A stretch of DNA of 64,000 nt from Marinagarivorans sp. (GCA_036554385.1 DATBNJ010000182.1:745-64744), one strand, 5' to 3'. Shown: positions 30,483 through 41,667, numbered from the stretch's first letter. Program-made: numbers and translations. The notes: generated by a model not told the origin, from the sequence alone.

Positions 30483-31331
30483 ATGGTTTGGTCCTTACAA
30501 TCCTTACCCGAGCTTAATGATATTGAGTTCGAGCGTTGGGGGAAATTGCTCGAAGAGCGCGCTGGCATCTATATGGGTGATCAGCAGCGCGTGTTTTTGC
30601 AGACTCAAGTTGCTATGCGCATGCGAGAGCTGGATTTCGACAGTTATTCAACGTATCTCGATTTTGTGCTCGATGGTGTGTCGGGCATGCTGGAGTGGAC
30701 TCGCCTCATCGATCGTTTAGTGGTGAAGGAAACCAGTTTTTTTCGCCACAAAGAGTCTATCGAAATGGTGGCTCAGCATTTGGTCAATCGTTTAGCCGAC
30801 AGCGACGACTCTGAAAGCTTTGAGCTTTGGAGCGTGGGCTGCTCGTCGGGCGAAGAGCCTTATTCGTTAGCCATGGTACTTAACGATGCCTACAACTGGA
30901 TGAATAAAGACCCGTTATATGGAATTACAGCAACCGACATTAGTCGCGCTGCGTTGTCTTTAGCTAGGACGGGTATCTATAACGAGCGGAAGCTTGAGCG
31001 CTTGGATGACAATTATCGACGGCGCTACTTTACCTCGCTCGAAGATGGCAAATACCAAGTGATTTCGACATTGCGTGATCGCATTTGTTTTAATCAAGGC
31101 AATGTTCTCAATATTAGCGAGATGCCGGTCGTCAAAGTCGATGCGATCTATTGCCAGAACCTCTTGATTTATTTCAAAAAATGGCTGCGTGAAAACATAA
31201 TGAATGCCTTTGTGGAGCGTTTAAAACCGGGTGGGATATTAGTGATAGGACTTGGGGAAGTTGTTGACTGGTCTCACCCGAAAATGAAGCGTATTTCCAT
31301 AGAAGAAGTACAAGCCTACGTGCATATATAA
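30483..31331 (+). CDS. pilK: CheR-type methyltransferase PilK
   Basis: ETSFFRH, WSVGCSSGEEPYS, ATDIS, CQNLLIYF. Confidence 0.93.
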   Translation: MVWSLQSLPELNDIEFERWGKLLEERAGIYMGDQQRVFLQTQVAMRMRELDFDSYSTYLDFVLDGVSGMLEWTRLIDRLVVKETSFFRHKESIEMVAQHLVNRLADSDDSESFELWSVGCSSGEEPYSLAMVLNDAYNWMNKDPLYGITATDISRAALSLARTGIYNERKLERLDDNYRRRYFTSLEDGKYQVISTLRDRICFNQGNVLNISEMPVVKVDAIYCQNLLIYFKKWLRENIMNAFVERLKPGGILVIGLGEVVDWSHPKMKRISIEEVQAYVHI

Positions 31332-31333
31332 GA

Positions 31334-34300
31334 ATGGGACCCCCGATGGGAGAAAAACGTAACTACGCAGCCCTTGACTGGGTAATAGGCGAGATTGGTG
31401 ATGCCCTTAACGAAGCGCGCCAAGCCTTGGAGGCCTATGCTGAAGATTCGCGTGATATTACGCGCATTCGCTTTTGCCTCACGCATATTCATCAGGTTCT
31501 TGGCTCGCTGAAAATGGTTGAGTTCCATGGCGCTGCACTGTTTGCAGAGGAAATGGAAGACTTAACCGAAGCCATTATTAACAAGTCGGTCGTCAATGAA
31601 AATGAAGCGCAAGAAGTACTGATGCGCGCGTTGTTACAATTACCGATTTACCTCGAGCACGTTAAGCGCATCCAAGACGATCATCCCGGAATCGTACTCC
31701 CCTTACTTAACGACTTACGTGCGGCACGAAAAGAGCCGTATCTGAGCGAAACCAATTTGTTTACACCGGAATTGGCGAGCCTCGAAAAAATTACAGGTCA
31801 GCGACACCCTTTATTAAAAAGCGAACAGAAGCTCAAAGAAGTGCTCAAAAAGCTTTTTGAAATGTACCAGTACGCTGCCGCAAGCGTGCTGCGGGGCATA
31901 AAAATTGAAGAAAACCTCGTTTATGTCAGCAAGGTATTTACGCGCTTGGAAAACACCTCCGGCGGCACGGTTCAAGGCAATTTATGGCTGTTGGCAGGCA
32001 CGCTTGTCGATAGCTTAATTGAAGATGAAATCGAGCTGAGCGTTGCCGTCAAAGGTATTCTTCGACGCCTTGCGAAGGAAATTAAAAACCTGTACGACAA
32101 TGCCCCGCAAGCTTTTGATGCGCCGATTGATCAAGCTTTGGCGCGCAATATTCTTTACTATGTTGCTCGCTCGGGTGATGTCACCGAGCGCATTCGCAAG
32201 GTGAAAGACCTATACGGCCTCGACAATGCGCTGTTTGAAGGCGCCGTAGAAGGGCGTGACTTCCACAAAAATATGATCTCCGCGCCAGAGCCAGATACCA
32301 TTCGCTCGGTGGTTGCTGCCTTGCGCGACGAGATGAATACTGTTAAGCAGATTCTCAATCACGTGGTGATTGACGGTGGTGCCACCAGTGACCTCGAAGC
32401 GGCTTTACCCATTGTTAAGCGCGTTGCCGATACCCTTGCGGTACTTGGCGTTGCAGAGCTTCGCCACGCCACCAATGCTCAGCACGACCGATTGGCACAA
32501 GCATGCGCCTCTGCGGACATGAATGTTGACGAGCTTACTGATGTCGCCAATGAGCTGGTTGTCATAGAACACCGTCTTGATGCGATTGCCAAAGGCGCAA
32601 ACAAAGCCAATCTTAATGATCTTAACGAGCGCGACGTTGAAATTGATGAAGCGAAGATCGTTGTGCTTCAAGAAAGCCGCGTCGGCTTGGAGCGTTTAAA
32701 AGAGGCTATCGTCGAGTTTTATTCGTCGCAGTGGGATAAGTCGGCCCTAAACAGTGCCGAGGGATTAATTCGCGATGTGCGCGGCGGCTTATCAATGATC
32801 CCGCTGACTCGAGCGGCCAACATCGTCGACATCTGTGGTCAGTATATTCAGCAGCAGTTTATCGCCGATGATGCAAAGCCCACCGCCGATGCGTTAACAG
32901 CACTGGCGAACGCTATTGAAGGCGTCGATTATTACCTCGACCGATTAATTGGCGATTTTACCGACGACGTGGAAAGCTTCTTGGAGTTATCCGAAGATGC
33001 GCTTCGCGAGCTAGGTTGCAACGTGTCTACGGTAACCGAAGGCGAGCTCGATGATGAATCCGCCGACAGCCAAACGGCGCAATTTGATGATGCCGAGGTC
33101 GAGCCGCTCTTAACTGAAGTTGAAAGTACACAGGGCGACAACGGCGCCGTCAGTGCCGAGCAAGACCACACCGAGGCAGCCGAATCAGACGAAGCTGCCG
33201 CCCCGCAAGATGATTCCGAGATCGCCGTTGATGAAGCAACGTCGGACGCCTTGCCAGAGGTGCCAACCTTAGCACAGGCCGCGGAAGTACCCTTCGAGTT
33301 AGACCCCGATGTCGACGAAGATATCGCAGAAATTTTTGTCGAAGAAGCCCGTGAAGTGTTAGAAACCCTCGCCGAGGCGCTTCCCCAGTGGCAAGGCGAA
33401 AACGTTACGGGTGATGCGGTAGCCACCGCTCGCCGTAGCTTCCACACCCTCAAAGGCAGTGGTCGCATGGTTAAAGCCAGCGATATTAGCGAGCTGGCCT
33501 GGTCGGTCGAAAACCTGCTCAACCGAATTATGGATGGATCAATTCCGTTAGCTGCTATTCACCGCGATTTTATCGGTCGCGTCTACGACCTATTGCCGGC
33601 GCTAATCTCGGCATTTGAGCAGCGTGTAATTTCATCGCAGCAGGCGCTAGCGAAAACCTACCAGCAGTGGGGCCATCAGCTTAGCCAAGGCGAGACGCCA
33701 GCAGATTTTGCCGATGCAAATGTTGGCGACAGTCTCGATACCGATACCCCGCAAGCTGGTGCATCTGACCAGGCGTCTGCTAGCGAGCAAGCGATAACCG
33801 AGGGCGACGATTCCGATGCATCCTACGATGCGGCCGAAGAGAAAATCCTTTGGGAGCTGTTTGCCTCAGAAGCGCAAACCCATATTGCAGCCATCGAAGA
33901 GTTTATCGCCGAGATGGACGAGGCCGCACCGCTATTTACGGCGCCGACCGATGGCTTGCAGCGGGCTTTGCATACCCTTAAAGGTAGTGCACACATGGCT
34001 GGCGTTAGCCAGATCGCCCAGCTGGCAACGCCTTTAGAGCTCTTTATGAAAGAGATGCGCAGCTACCAAGTAAAAATTGATGCGGATATCTTGCAGCTTA
34101 TTAAAGATGCCGTGGACTACACTCGAGAAGGCTTAACCTTTATCGAACGGGACGAGCAAGCGCAAATACCTAAGCTTGAGCAGTTCACTGCGCGTGTCGC
34201 AGAGCTCAAAGATGTGCACTTAGGTCACTTGCTGCACGCCAGTGAAGGCAAGGGCACCGAAGTTGCGCACCCTGTTGATCCACGCATGTTGGCCATCTTC

Positions 34301-37300
34301 ATGGCCGAAGAAATTAGCCTATTGCTCGACGCAGATGAAGTGCTCGATCGCTGGCAAACTGATTTGGGTCACACCAATGAGTTGCCCGCCATGATGGCCG
34401 AGTTAAAAACCCTTGAGACCGGCGCTGAACAGGCAAACTTTCCTCCCATGGCTAAGCTCAGTGGCGAGCTTCACGACCTTTATGCCGCTGCGCTCGACCG
34501 GTTAGCACCGGATAATGCACTGTTTGATACCTTCCGCGCGGCTCACAACACGTTGCTCGATATGGTGGATGCGGTAGCCGCTGCGCAGACGTTGCCACTA
34601 CCGAGCGAGCATCTGCAGCAAGCACTCGATGATTACTTATCCGTTTGTGCCGAGCTTCCAGAGGTGTCGGCCGACTTTGAGGATGAGTTACTTGAACTCG
34701 ACGATGTGCAACCAGACGAAGAGCCGGTCGATAGCGACCCCGAAGCGCCAGCGCTAACCGGTGAGCAAATTGATGCGACAGCGTTTGACGATATCGACGC
34801 GGATGACGTTGTCATCGAACCGACCTCCGGTTACAGCGAAGACGATGATGCCCTAGATTTATCCTTTGTGGGCGACGATGAATCGCTGGTTACATCGAGT
34901 CTTAGTGATGCCAGTCGCGAAGCGAGCAGTGATTCGACGGATATCGACGGTGACAGCGATGATCTCGCGATTGAAATGGACGCATCCGATCTATTCGATT
35001 CGGATAGTCTCGACGCCTTTGCAGATGCTGCAGATCAAGCCCCCGAACCGTCCGACATTGGCGGCGATGTTGCCGCACCACAAGAAACCTTGGCGGACTT
35101 TAATGACCTGGCCGGAGATATAACGGCTGAATCCTCGACACAACAGGACTTCAGCGAAAGTGCCGGTGCGTTAGACGCAACCACTGACGACGGCGAGTCA
35201 AGCGATTCCATTTTTGTAGGGGGCGATCCGTCGTTGATCAATGCCGATGATTTCGACGAAGAAATCATTGAAATTTTTGTTGAAGAAGCTGACGAACTCG
35301 TAGAAGAACTTGAAGAGGCGATTCACGCATGGGAGTCCGACTGGTCGAGTACCGAGGCGCCCGACGAGATGAAGCGTGCGCTGCACACCCTTAAGGGGGG
35401 CGCGCGGCTGTCAGGTCTTACCGTGTTAGGTGAGTTAACGCACGAGTATGAAACCTATCTCATCAACAAGGTCAGCCCCGACCGAACGGCTAACTTTTTC
35501 GAGGCTGTGCACCAGTATCAAGACCTCGTACTCAAAGGCGTGCGCGGAGTGAAAGCGCGACTGGCCGGCGAACCAGTTGAGGCGCCCCAAGCGGTTGAGC
35601 CGCCATCGTCGACAAGCGATGACAGGCCAACCTCTTCTGGTGCGGTCACAGGGCACGAAGCGCGGCCCACCCCGCCGGAGACATCGTTGGATTTAGCGCC
35701 TGCTGTCGTCGAAAAGCCCGACGAGCCCAAACCCGAATTCGCCATGCCGCCATCACCGGCGCTACAAGAAGCCAAAAACGTCGCGGCAGCGGCCAAAAAA
35801 TCGGGCTCGCAAGAGGTGGTTAAGATCTCTTCAGAGTTACTCGAAGAGCTGGTTAACCTCGCCGGTGAAACCTCGATTAGTCGCGGCCGCTTAGAGCAAC
35901 AAGTGAGCGATTTTGGTTCTGCCATTGGCGAAATCGATATCACTTTGCGCCGCTTGCAAGAACAGCTGCGCCGCCTCGACATGGAAACCGAAGCGCAAAT
36001 TGTTTTCCGCCAAGAGCAACTGGCGGACAACGAAGAGTTCGACCCGTTAGAAATGGACCGCTATTCTCAGTTGCAGCAGCTATCGCGCTCGCTGACTGAG
36101 TCGGCATCGGACCTAGTGGATTTAAAACGTACATTAAGTGACAAGGTCAAAGATACAGAGGCGATCTTGCTGCAACAACAGCGCATTAACTCGTCGCTGC
36201 AAGAAGGTTTAATGCGAGCGCGCATGGTGCCGTTTTCTCGCATGGTGCCGCGCCTGCGCCGTATCGTGCGACAGGTGGCTAGCGAGCTGAATAAGCAAGT
36301 TAGTTTCGAACTTGACAATGTCGAAGGCGAAATGGACCGCTCCGTGCTAGAGCATATGGTCGCGCCGCTCGAGCACATGTTGCGCAACGCGGTAGACCAC
36401 GGGATTGAGTCGCCGGCCGAGCGTTTGGCCGCCGGTAAGCCGGAAAATGGCCGTATTCTGCTCAGTTTTGCCCGCGAAGGCGGCGATATATTGCTGCGCC
36501 TTGCCGATGATGGCCAAGGTATCGCCCTCGAAAAAGTTCGCCAGAAGGCGATTGAGCGCGGACTGATGGCCCCTGAAGCCGAGCTCAGCGAGCACGATAT
36601 TATGCAGTTTATTCTGCAGGCGGGTTTCAGTACTGCCGACAACGTGACTCAAATTTCGGGTCGTGGGGTAGGTATGGACGTGGTCGCCGCGGAGATCAAA
36701 CAGCTCGGCGGTTCGATGACGATCGAGTCTAAGCCGGGCGTGGGCACGCAATTTACGGTGCGTTTACCGTTTACGGTATCGGTGAACCGCGCCTTGATGG
36801 TTAATCTCGGCAAAGAAAGCTACGCAATTCCGCTGAATACCATTGAAGGCATCGTGCGGGTGAGCCCATTTGAGCTCGAACACTACTACAGCCAAGAAGA
36901 TGCACGCTTTGAATACGCGGGCGAGAGCTACGAAGTCCGTTACTTGGGCGGCATGCTCTATGAAGAAATGCAGCCTCGCCTCGAGGGCCAAGTAATGCCG
37001 TTGCCGGTTATCTTGGTGCGATCGGCGCAGCACACCATGGCGCTGCAAGTTGATGGCTTGATGGGCAGTCGCGAAATCGTGGTCAAGAGCTTGGGTGCTC
37101 AATTCTCCGCCGTACAGGGCTTGTCAGGTGCCACGGTGATGGGCGATGGTAGTGTGGTGGTAATTCTCGATCCGCACGCCTTGGTGCGTCGCGCTGTGGC
37201 AACCATTGGCCTGGCGGCACCGACAACCACCGGAGCGCTGGAGGCGACCGAGCGAATGACTAAAACGGTCATGGTGGTGGATGATTCGGTGACCGTGCGC

Positions 37301-37624
37301 AAAGTAACGACGCGCTTTTTGGAGCGTGAAGGCTTTAACGTGATTACCGCGAAAGACGGCGTCGATGCACTGCAAGTACTGCAGACGCGCACGCCCGATA
37401 TCATGTTGTTGGATATTGAAATGCCGCGCATGGACGGCTTTGAGGTCGCCAAAAATATGCGTACCTCCGAAGAGTGGGCACATATTCCGATTGTTATGAT
37501 TACTTCGCGCACTGGTGATAAGCACCGCGAGCACGCTTTGAGTATCGGCGTGAATCATTATCTTGGTAAGCCTTATCAAGAAGAGCTGCTATTGGAGAGC
37601 ATTAACGAGTTGCTAGAGGCCTAA
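31334..37624 (+). CDS. chpA: Chemosensory histidine kinase ChpA (multiple Hpt + HATPase + CheW + REC)
   Basis: NYAALDWV N-terminus, HTLKG Hpt motifs, EHMLRNAVDHGIE, QISGRGVGMDVV, C-terminal REC LLDIEMPRMDG. The true start may be the second ATG at 31346. Confidence 0.96.
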   Translation: MGPPMGEKRNYAALDWVIGEIGDALNEARQALEAYAEDSRDITRIRFCLTHIHQVLGSLKMVEFHGAALFAEEMEDLTEAIINKSVVNENEAQEVLMRALLQLPIYLEHVKRIQDDHPGIVLPLLNDLRAARKEPYLSETNLFTPELASLEKITGQRHPLLKSEQKLKEVLKKLFEMYQYAAASVLRGIKIEENLVYVSKVFTRLENTSGGTVQGNLWLLAGTLVDSLIEDEIELSVAVKGILRRLAKEIKNLYDNAPQAFDAPIDQALARNILYYVARSGDVTERIRKVKDLYGLDNALFEGAVEGRDFHKNMISAPEPDTIRSVVAALRDEMNTVKQILNHVVIDGGATSDLEAALPIVKRVADTLAVLGVAELRHATNAQHDRLAQACASADMNVDELTDVANELVVIEHRLDAIAKGANKANLNDLNERDVEIDEAKIVVLQESRVGLERLKEAIVEFYSSQWDKSALNSAEGLIRDVRGGLSMIPLTRAANIVDICGQYIQQQFIADDAKPTADALTALANAIEGVDYYLDRLIGDFTDDVESFLELSEDALRELGCNVSTVTEGELDDESADSQTAQFDDAEVEPLLTEVESTQGDNGAVSAEQDHTEAAESDEAAAPQDDSEIAVDEATSDALPEVPTLAQAAEVPFELDPDVDEDIAEIFVEEAREVLETLAEALPQWQGENVTGDAVATARRSFHTLKGSGRMVKASDISELAWSVENLLNRIMDGSIPLAAIHRDFIGRVYDLLPALISAFEQRVISSQQALAKTYQQWGHQLSQGETPADFADANVGDSLDTDTPQAGASDQASASEQAITEGDDSDASYDAAEEKILWELFASEAQTHIAAIEEFIAEMDEAAPLFTAPTDGLQRALHTLKGSAHMAGVSQIAQLATPLELFMKEMRSYQVKIDADILQLIKDAVDYTREGLTFIERDEQAQIPKLEQFTARVAELKDVHLGHLLHASEGKGTEVAHPVDPRMLAIFMAEEISLLLDADEVLDRWQTDLGHTNELPAMMAELKTLETGAEQANFPPMAKLSGELHDLYAAALDRLAPDNALFDTFRAAHNTLLDMVDAVAAAQTLPLPSEHLQQALDDYLSVCAELPEVSADFEDELLELDDVQPDEEPVDSDPEAPALTGEQIDATAFDDIDADDVVIEPTSGYSEDDDALDLSFVGDDESLVTSSLSDASREASSDSTDIDGDSDDLAIEMDASDLFDSDSLDAFADAADQAPEPSDIGGDVAAPQETLADFNDLAGDITAESSTQQDFSESAGALDATTDDGESSDSIFVGGDPSLINADDFDEEIIEIFVEEADELVEELEEAIHAWESDWSSTEAPDEMKRALHTLKGGARLSGLTVLGELTHEYETYLINKVSPDRTANFFEAVHQYQDLVLKGVRGVKARLAGEPVEAPQAVEPPSSTSDDRPTSSGAVTGHEARPTPPETSLDLAPAVVEKPDEPKPEFAMPPSPALQEAKNVAAAAKKSGSQEVVKISSELLEELVNLAGETSISRGRLEQQVSDFGSAIGEIDITLRRLQEQLRRLDMETEAQIVFRQEQLADNEEFDPLEMDRYSQLQQLSRSLTESASDLVDLKRTLSDKVKDTEAILLQQQRINSSLQEGLMRARMVPFSRMVPRLRRIVRQVASELNKQVSFELDNVEGEMDRSVLEHMVAPLEHMLRNAVDHGIESPAERLAAGKPENGRILLSFAREGGDILLRLADDGQGIALEKVRQKAIERGLMAPEAELSEHDIMQFILQAGFSTADNVTQISGRGVGMDVVAAEIKQLGGSMTIESKPGVGTQFTVRLPFTVSVNRALMVNLGKESYAIPLNTIEGIVRVSPFELEHYYSQEDARFEYAGESYEVRYLGGMLYEEMQPRLEGQVMPLPVILVRSAQHTMALQVDGLMGSREIVVKSLGAQFSAVQGLSGATVMGDGSVVVILDPHALVRRAVATIGLAAPTTTGALEATERMTKTVMVVDDSVTVRKVTTRFLEREGFNVITAKDGVDALQVLQTRTPDIMLLDIEMPRMDGFEVAKNMRTSEEWAHIPIVMITSRTGDKHREHALSIGVNHYLGKPYQEELLLESINELLEA

Positions 37625-37629
37625 ATTGA

Positions 37630-38628
37630 ATGGGAGGCCCGTGCCTGAAAGTGGGTGTTTTGGCAAACTCAGCAACACAAGTTGGTGAGTTTGTTCGCCT
37701 AATACAAACGGCTGGTCATCGCGCCAGTGCATCCTTAGATGCCTCTCACCCATTGCCTGGGGTGCTGCCCGAGGCCGATGTTTGGCTGGTGACATCGAAT
37801 CACGGCAATGCTGCTCGGGCTCTGCTGGAGAAGCTCGATGCTGCTAACATTCCCATTATCTACGAAGAAGATGGCGTTATTACGCCGGATGAAGAGCTGG
37901 CGGCGCTTAGTGCTCCAGAGCTGCGGCTCAAGCGTGCCAAGCGCTTAGCGAGCAAGCTGCAACTGTTGGCGCACGGGCAAGTTCGAGATACCTCCTGTGC
38001 AACCCGAGCGCGCGCTAAGTATGTTTGGGTGTTGGCCGCTTCGACGGGTGGACCAAAAGCGATTGCGGAATTTTTAGATGAGATTCCGGCATCCTTATCC
38101 GAAGTGGCATTTCTGTACGTTCAGCATATCGATAACGGCACCATGGAAACCTTGCGGCAAGTTGTCGATAAACACTCGGCATTTTGTGTGAGTACTTTGG
38201 ATGCGCCGCGAGTTATTCGGGAAAAAACGCTCTATCTCATCCCGCCCAACACACAGATCGATCTGCTCGATAGCGGTGTGATTACGCCGCTGGATCAGCC
38301 GTGGGTGGGTGACTATTCGCCTTCGATTGACCAGGTGATTGCCAAGGTCGCTCGTGTCTTTGCCAAGCGCGGCGGCGCTATTATTTTTACCGGCATGGGC
38401 GACGATGGCGCACGCAGTAGCAAGCTCCTGCACTACCGCGGCGGTAAAGTTTGGGTGCAAAGCGCAAACTCCTGTGCCGTGGACTCGATGCCTGTAAGCG
38501 TACAAGCACTGGTTGATGTGGCCGAGAATGGCGCGCCGGCACAACTGGCAAAAAAATTAGTTGCCCACTTTTCGTTAATGCAAGCGCAGGCCGGGGAGCA
38601 AATTATTCCCACTCTGAGCAACGAGTAG
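37630..38628 (+). CDS. chpB: CheB-type methylesterase ChpB
   Basis: Catalytic Ser/His/Asp motifs AASTGGP, VQHID and GMGDDG; the N-terminal REC-like part is degenerate. Confidence 0.9.
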   Translation: MGGPCLKVGVLANSATQVGEFVRLIQTAGHRASASLDASHPLPGVLPEADVWLVTSNHGNAARALLEKLDAANIPIIYEEDGVITPDEELAALSAPELRLKRAKRLASKLQLLAHGQVRDTSCATRARAKYVWVLAASTGGPKAIAEFLDEIPASLSEVAFLYVQHIDNGTMETLRQVVDKHSAFCVSTLDAPRVIREKTLYLIPPNTQIDLLDSGVITPLDQPWVGDYSPSIDQVIAKVARVFAKRGGAIIFTGMGDDGARSSKLLHYRGGKVWVQSANSCAVDSMPVSVQALVDVAENGAPAQLAKKLVAHFSLMQAQAGEQIIPTLSNE

Positions 38629-38694
38629 CGGCGCCAAATAGTGCTGACAATGCCAACAAGGCGCGAGACAGTTTTTGTATCAGTAATGTTGTAG

Positions 38695-39225
38695 TTGGAT
38701 AGAAAGCAACCGATTAAGGTGACAGATATGCAAGAAGAAAATAACCCAGAGGGCGCCGAAGAAGCCGGTGAGGGCATGCCTTGTTTTGTTCTCCCTGTGC
38801 AGGGTGGGGCATTGCTAGTACCAAGCGTCAGCATTGCTGAAATTGCACCGGTTGCCCCAATCTTCCCCGATAACAGCGGGCCAGATTGGTTTTTGGGGCA
38901 TTACAGTTGGCGCAACCGGCGGGTCCCGTTAATAAGCTTTGAAAAGCTCACGCGTGAGCAAGGCGGTGGTATCAACCCCAATGGCCGTATCGCATTGTTT
39001 AACAATACGGGTGAAAACACCGAAGTAGGTTTTTTGGCGATTCCTACGCAGGGTATTCCACGCGAGGTGATGGTGCTGCCTGAGGATATGGAAGACAGCC
39101 AAGGTAACGTAGGTCTGAGTGCATTCGAGGCCTTGTGCGTCAAGTTTGAAGATGAAGAAATGATCATTCCCAATCTGGGGGCCCTAGAAGACGCCTACTT
39201 GGCCTACAAAGACCGACTTTTGTAG
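38695..39225 (+). CDS. chpC: CheW-like protein ChpC
   Basis: LLVPSVSIAEI, WFLGxxxWRxxxVPLISFE; last pil-chp gene. The start may be ATG 38728. Confidence 0.88.
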   Translation: MDRKQPIKVTDMQEENNPEGAEEAGEGMPCFVLPVQGGALLVPSVSIAEIAPVAPIFPDNSGPDWFLGHYSWRNRRVPLISFEKLTREQGGGINPNGRIALFNNTGENTEVGFLAIPTQGIPREVMVLPEDMEDSQGNVGLSAFEALCVKFEDEEMIIPNLGALEDAYLAYKDRLL

Positions 39226-39328
39226 GCTATCAAAACAGTATTCGATTTTTAGTTTGGGTATTTTACGGGGTATTTTTTGTGTTGTTATTTGTAGTCGAGC
39301 GTTATTCGCTGATGCAGGGGAGGGGCGT

Positions 39329-40129
39329 ATGAGCGCGCTAGTAACCTTGGATCACGGTGCCTATTCAATGGTGATCGACCCAGCCAAAGGGGCTCGAATT
39401 ACGGTATTTGCCTTTAACGGCAAGAATGCGCTGACCGACTCGGGGCCGCAAACGGGCTCAACCTTTTGGCCCAGCCCGCAGCATTCATGGGGGTGGCCGC
39501 CACCGCCAGTGCTCGATAGCCAACGCTATGAGGCGACCCAGGCGGATGGTGCTTGGGTCTTTACCAGTGGCAGTTGTGCCATGACGGGATTGGTTCTCAG
39601 TAAAGTCATTACGCCGCGTAAACAGGGTTTTGATGTTGAATATCGCATGCATAACCCCGGTGAAAAAATACTGCAGTACGCACCTTGGGAAATTACGCGG
39701 GTAGACGGTGGCCTAACGTTCTACAGGGCCACCACAGCGCCGCTTGAGAGCTCAACACTCCCCGTCATTGCTCTCGGGGAAACGTTTTGGCACGACTATA
39801 GCCCAGCGGGCCCCGATAAGAATTTAAAACTATTTGCTAATAATAGTGCCGGTTGGTTAGCCAATGCCAATAAGGGCTTACTAGTAAAAAAGACTTTTCC
39901 GAAAATAGCTGAAGCGGACATTGCCCCCGAGGAGGCTGAGGTTGAAGTGTATGCTCACGGTGACCCAGAGCACCCTTATGTCGAAATCGAGCAGCAAGGC
40001 CGCTACGGTATCATTTCGCCCGGCGAAACGATCGCTTGGAAGGTCGGTTGGGAGATAGCCGAAATCCCTGAAGATATTACCGTGTCAGTCGGCAGTGATA
40101 AGCTACTGAAGCTCGCTGAAGCGCTTTAG
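39329..40129 (+). CDS. DUF4380-like protein (galactose mutarotase-like fold)
   Basis: GARI...., GSTFWPSPQxxWGWPPP, APWEITRV, YVEIEQQG. ATG 39329 follows GGGGAGG. Family recognised by pattern only. Confidence 0.7.
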   Translation: MSALVTLDHGAYSMVIDPAKGARITVFAFNGKNALTDSGPQTGSTFWPSPQHSWGWPPPPVLDSQRYEATQADGAWVFTSGSCAMTGLVLSKVITPRKQGFDVEYRMHNPGEKILQYAPWEITRVDGGLTFYRATTAPLESSTLPVIALGETFWHDYSPAGPDKNLKLFANNSAGWLANANKGLLVKKTFPKIAEADIAPEEAEVEVYAHGDPEHPYVEIEQQGRYGIISPGETIAWKVGWEIAEIPEDITVSVGSDKLLKLAEAL

Positions 40130-40216
40130 GATCTGAGCTACTAAAAAGTTTTTTTGTTGTGACTATTCAACTAAATATCAATAAACCGCTTATCTCTATT
40201 TAAACATGCTCGAGAC

Positions 40217-40255
40217 AAAAAAAGGGCCTTTAGCAATCAGCTAAAGGCCCTTTTT
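40217..40255. terminator. Bidirectional intrinsic terminator between the DUF4380-like gene and xylA
   Basis: AAAAAGGGCCTTTAGC-aatca-GCTAAAGGCCCTTTTT, a perfect stem with A/T tracts on both sides. Confidence 0.9.
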
Positions 40256-40274
40256 GATATTCACATCTTACCGA

Positions 40275-41606
40275 TTAGCGGATGTAGCGGTTGATCGTGT
40301 TTTCGTAAAGCTCTTGTTGGCCACTAATTTGTTTTGGCTCGCCTAGTTCGTCACCAATTTTGGCCAATGCTTCTAAGCTAAGCTCACCCTTCTCGAAGGC
40401 AGAGCCATTGCCTGAATCAAAGCTCGCATAGCGTCCGCTGCGAAGAGACTCAAGCTTAGACTCTTGCAACAATTTGTCGGCAATTAACAGGGCGCGTGCC
40501 ATGACATCCATACCACCGATGTGGCCGTGGAAGAGGTCGGCGAGGTCTGTTGAGTTGCGTCGTGCTTTTGCATCGAAGTTGATGCCGCCGCCTTGGAAAC
40601 CACCGGCGCGCAAAATAACCAACATCATTTCAACGGTTTCGTTGATGTTATATGGGAATTGGTCGGTATCCCAAGCGTTTTGGTAGTCGCCACGGTTGGC
40701 GTCAATTGAACCAAGCATGCCAGCGTCGGCGGCAACTTGTAGTTCGTGGTCCATGCTGTGCTGGGCTAGAGTCGCGTGGTTGGTCTCGATGTTTAGTTTG
40801 AAGTCTTTGTCCAGGCCGTGTTGACGCAAGAAGCCAATCACCGTGGCCGAGTCAAAGTCGTACTGGTGCTTAGACGGCTCCATAGGCTTGGGTTCGATAA
40901 AGAAGGTGCCTTTAAAGCCTTGCGAACGCGCGTAGTCGCGAGCCATCGTTAAGAAGCGTGCCATATGGTCTTGCTCGCGCTTCATGTCTGTGTTGAGCAA
41001 ACTCATGTAGCCTTCGCGGCCACCCCAAAATACATAGTTCTCGCCGTTAAGTGCAATAGTCGCATCGATCGCGTCTTTTAATTGCGAGCCGGCGAAGGCT
41101 ACAACATCAAAAGATGGGTTGGTCGATGCGCCGTTCATGTACCGTGGGTTAGAGAATAAGTTAGCTGTACCCCAAAGCAATTTCATGCCAGAAGCATCCA
41201 TTTTCTCTTTTGCGTAAGAGGTGATGGTGGCCAAACGATCGCGAGTTTCACCGCGGCTGCTGCCTTCTTCAACGAGGTCAATATCGTGGAAGCAGTAGTA
41301 AGGTGTGCCAAGTTTGGTAAAAAATTCGAAGGCGGCATCCATCTTCATGCGGGCACGGGTGTTTGCATCAGGGCCTTGCAACCAAGGGCGAATTTGGGGG
41401 CCTGGGCCGAAGGGGTCGCCACCGGTGCCACAAAAGGTGTGCCAGTAGCACGAAGAAAAGCGCAAAAACTCTTTCATCGTTTTACCCGCAACGACGCGGT
41501 TTTCGTCGTAATATTTAAAGGCTAGCGGATTGTCAGAATCTGGTCCTTCGTATTGAATTTTATTAATACCTTTGAAGTATTCAGTATCTCCGATGAGTGC
41601 GCTCAT
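40275..41606 (-). CDS. xylA: Xylose isomerase (class II)
   Basis: [51 protein letters not shown]...WDTDQF. Confidence 0.97.
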   Translation of the reverse strand: MSALIGDTEYFKGINKIQYEGPDSDNPLAFKYYDENRVVAGKTMKEFLRFSSCYWHTFCGTGGDPFGPGPQIRPWLQGPDANTRARMKMDAAFEFFTKLGTPYYCFHDIDLVEEGSSRGETRDRLATITSYAKEKMDASGMKLLWGTANLFSNPRYMNGASTNPSFDVVAFAGSQLKDAIDATIALNGENYVFWGGREGYMSLLNTDMKREQDHMARFLTMARDYARSQGFKGTFFIEPKPMEPSKHQYDFDSATVIGFLRQHGLDKDFKLNIETNHATLAQHSMDHELQVAADAGMLGSIDANRGDYQNAWDTDQFPYNINETVEMMLVILRAGGFQGGGINFDAKARRNSTDLADLFHGHIGGMDVMARALLIADKLLQESKLESLRSGRYASFDSGNGSAFEKGELSLEALAKIGDELGEPKQISGQQELYENTINRYIR

Positions 41607-41667
41607 AATGTTTACCTTGTAAAAAAACAGCTGTCGCTGTGTGTATGAATAATTGTGTATTTATCGC

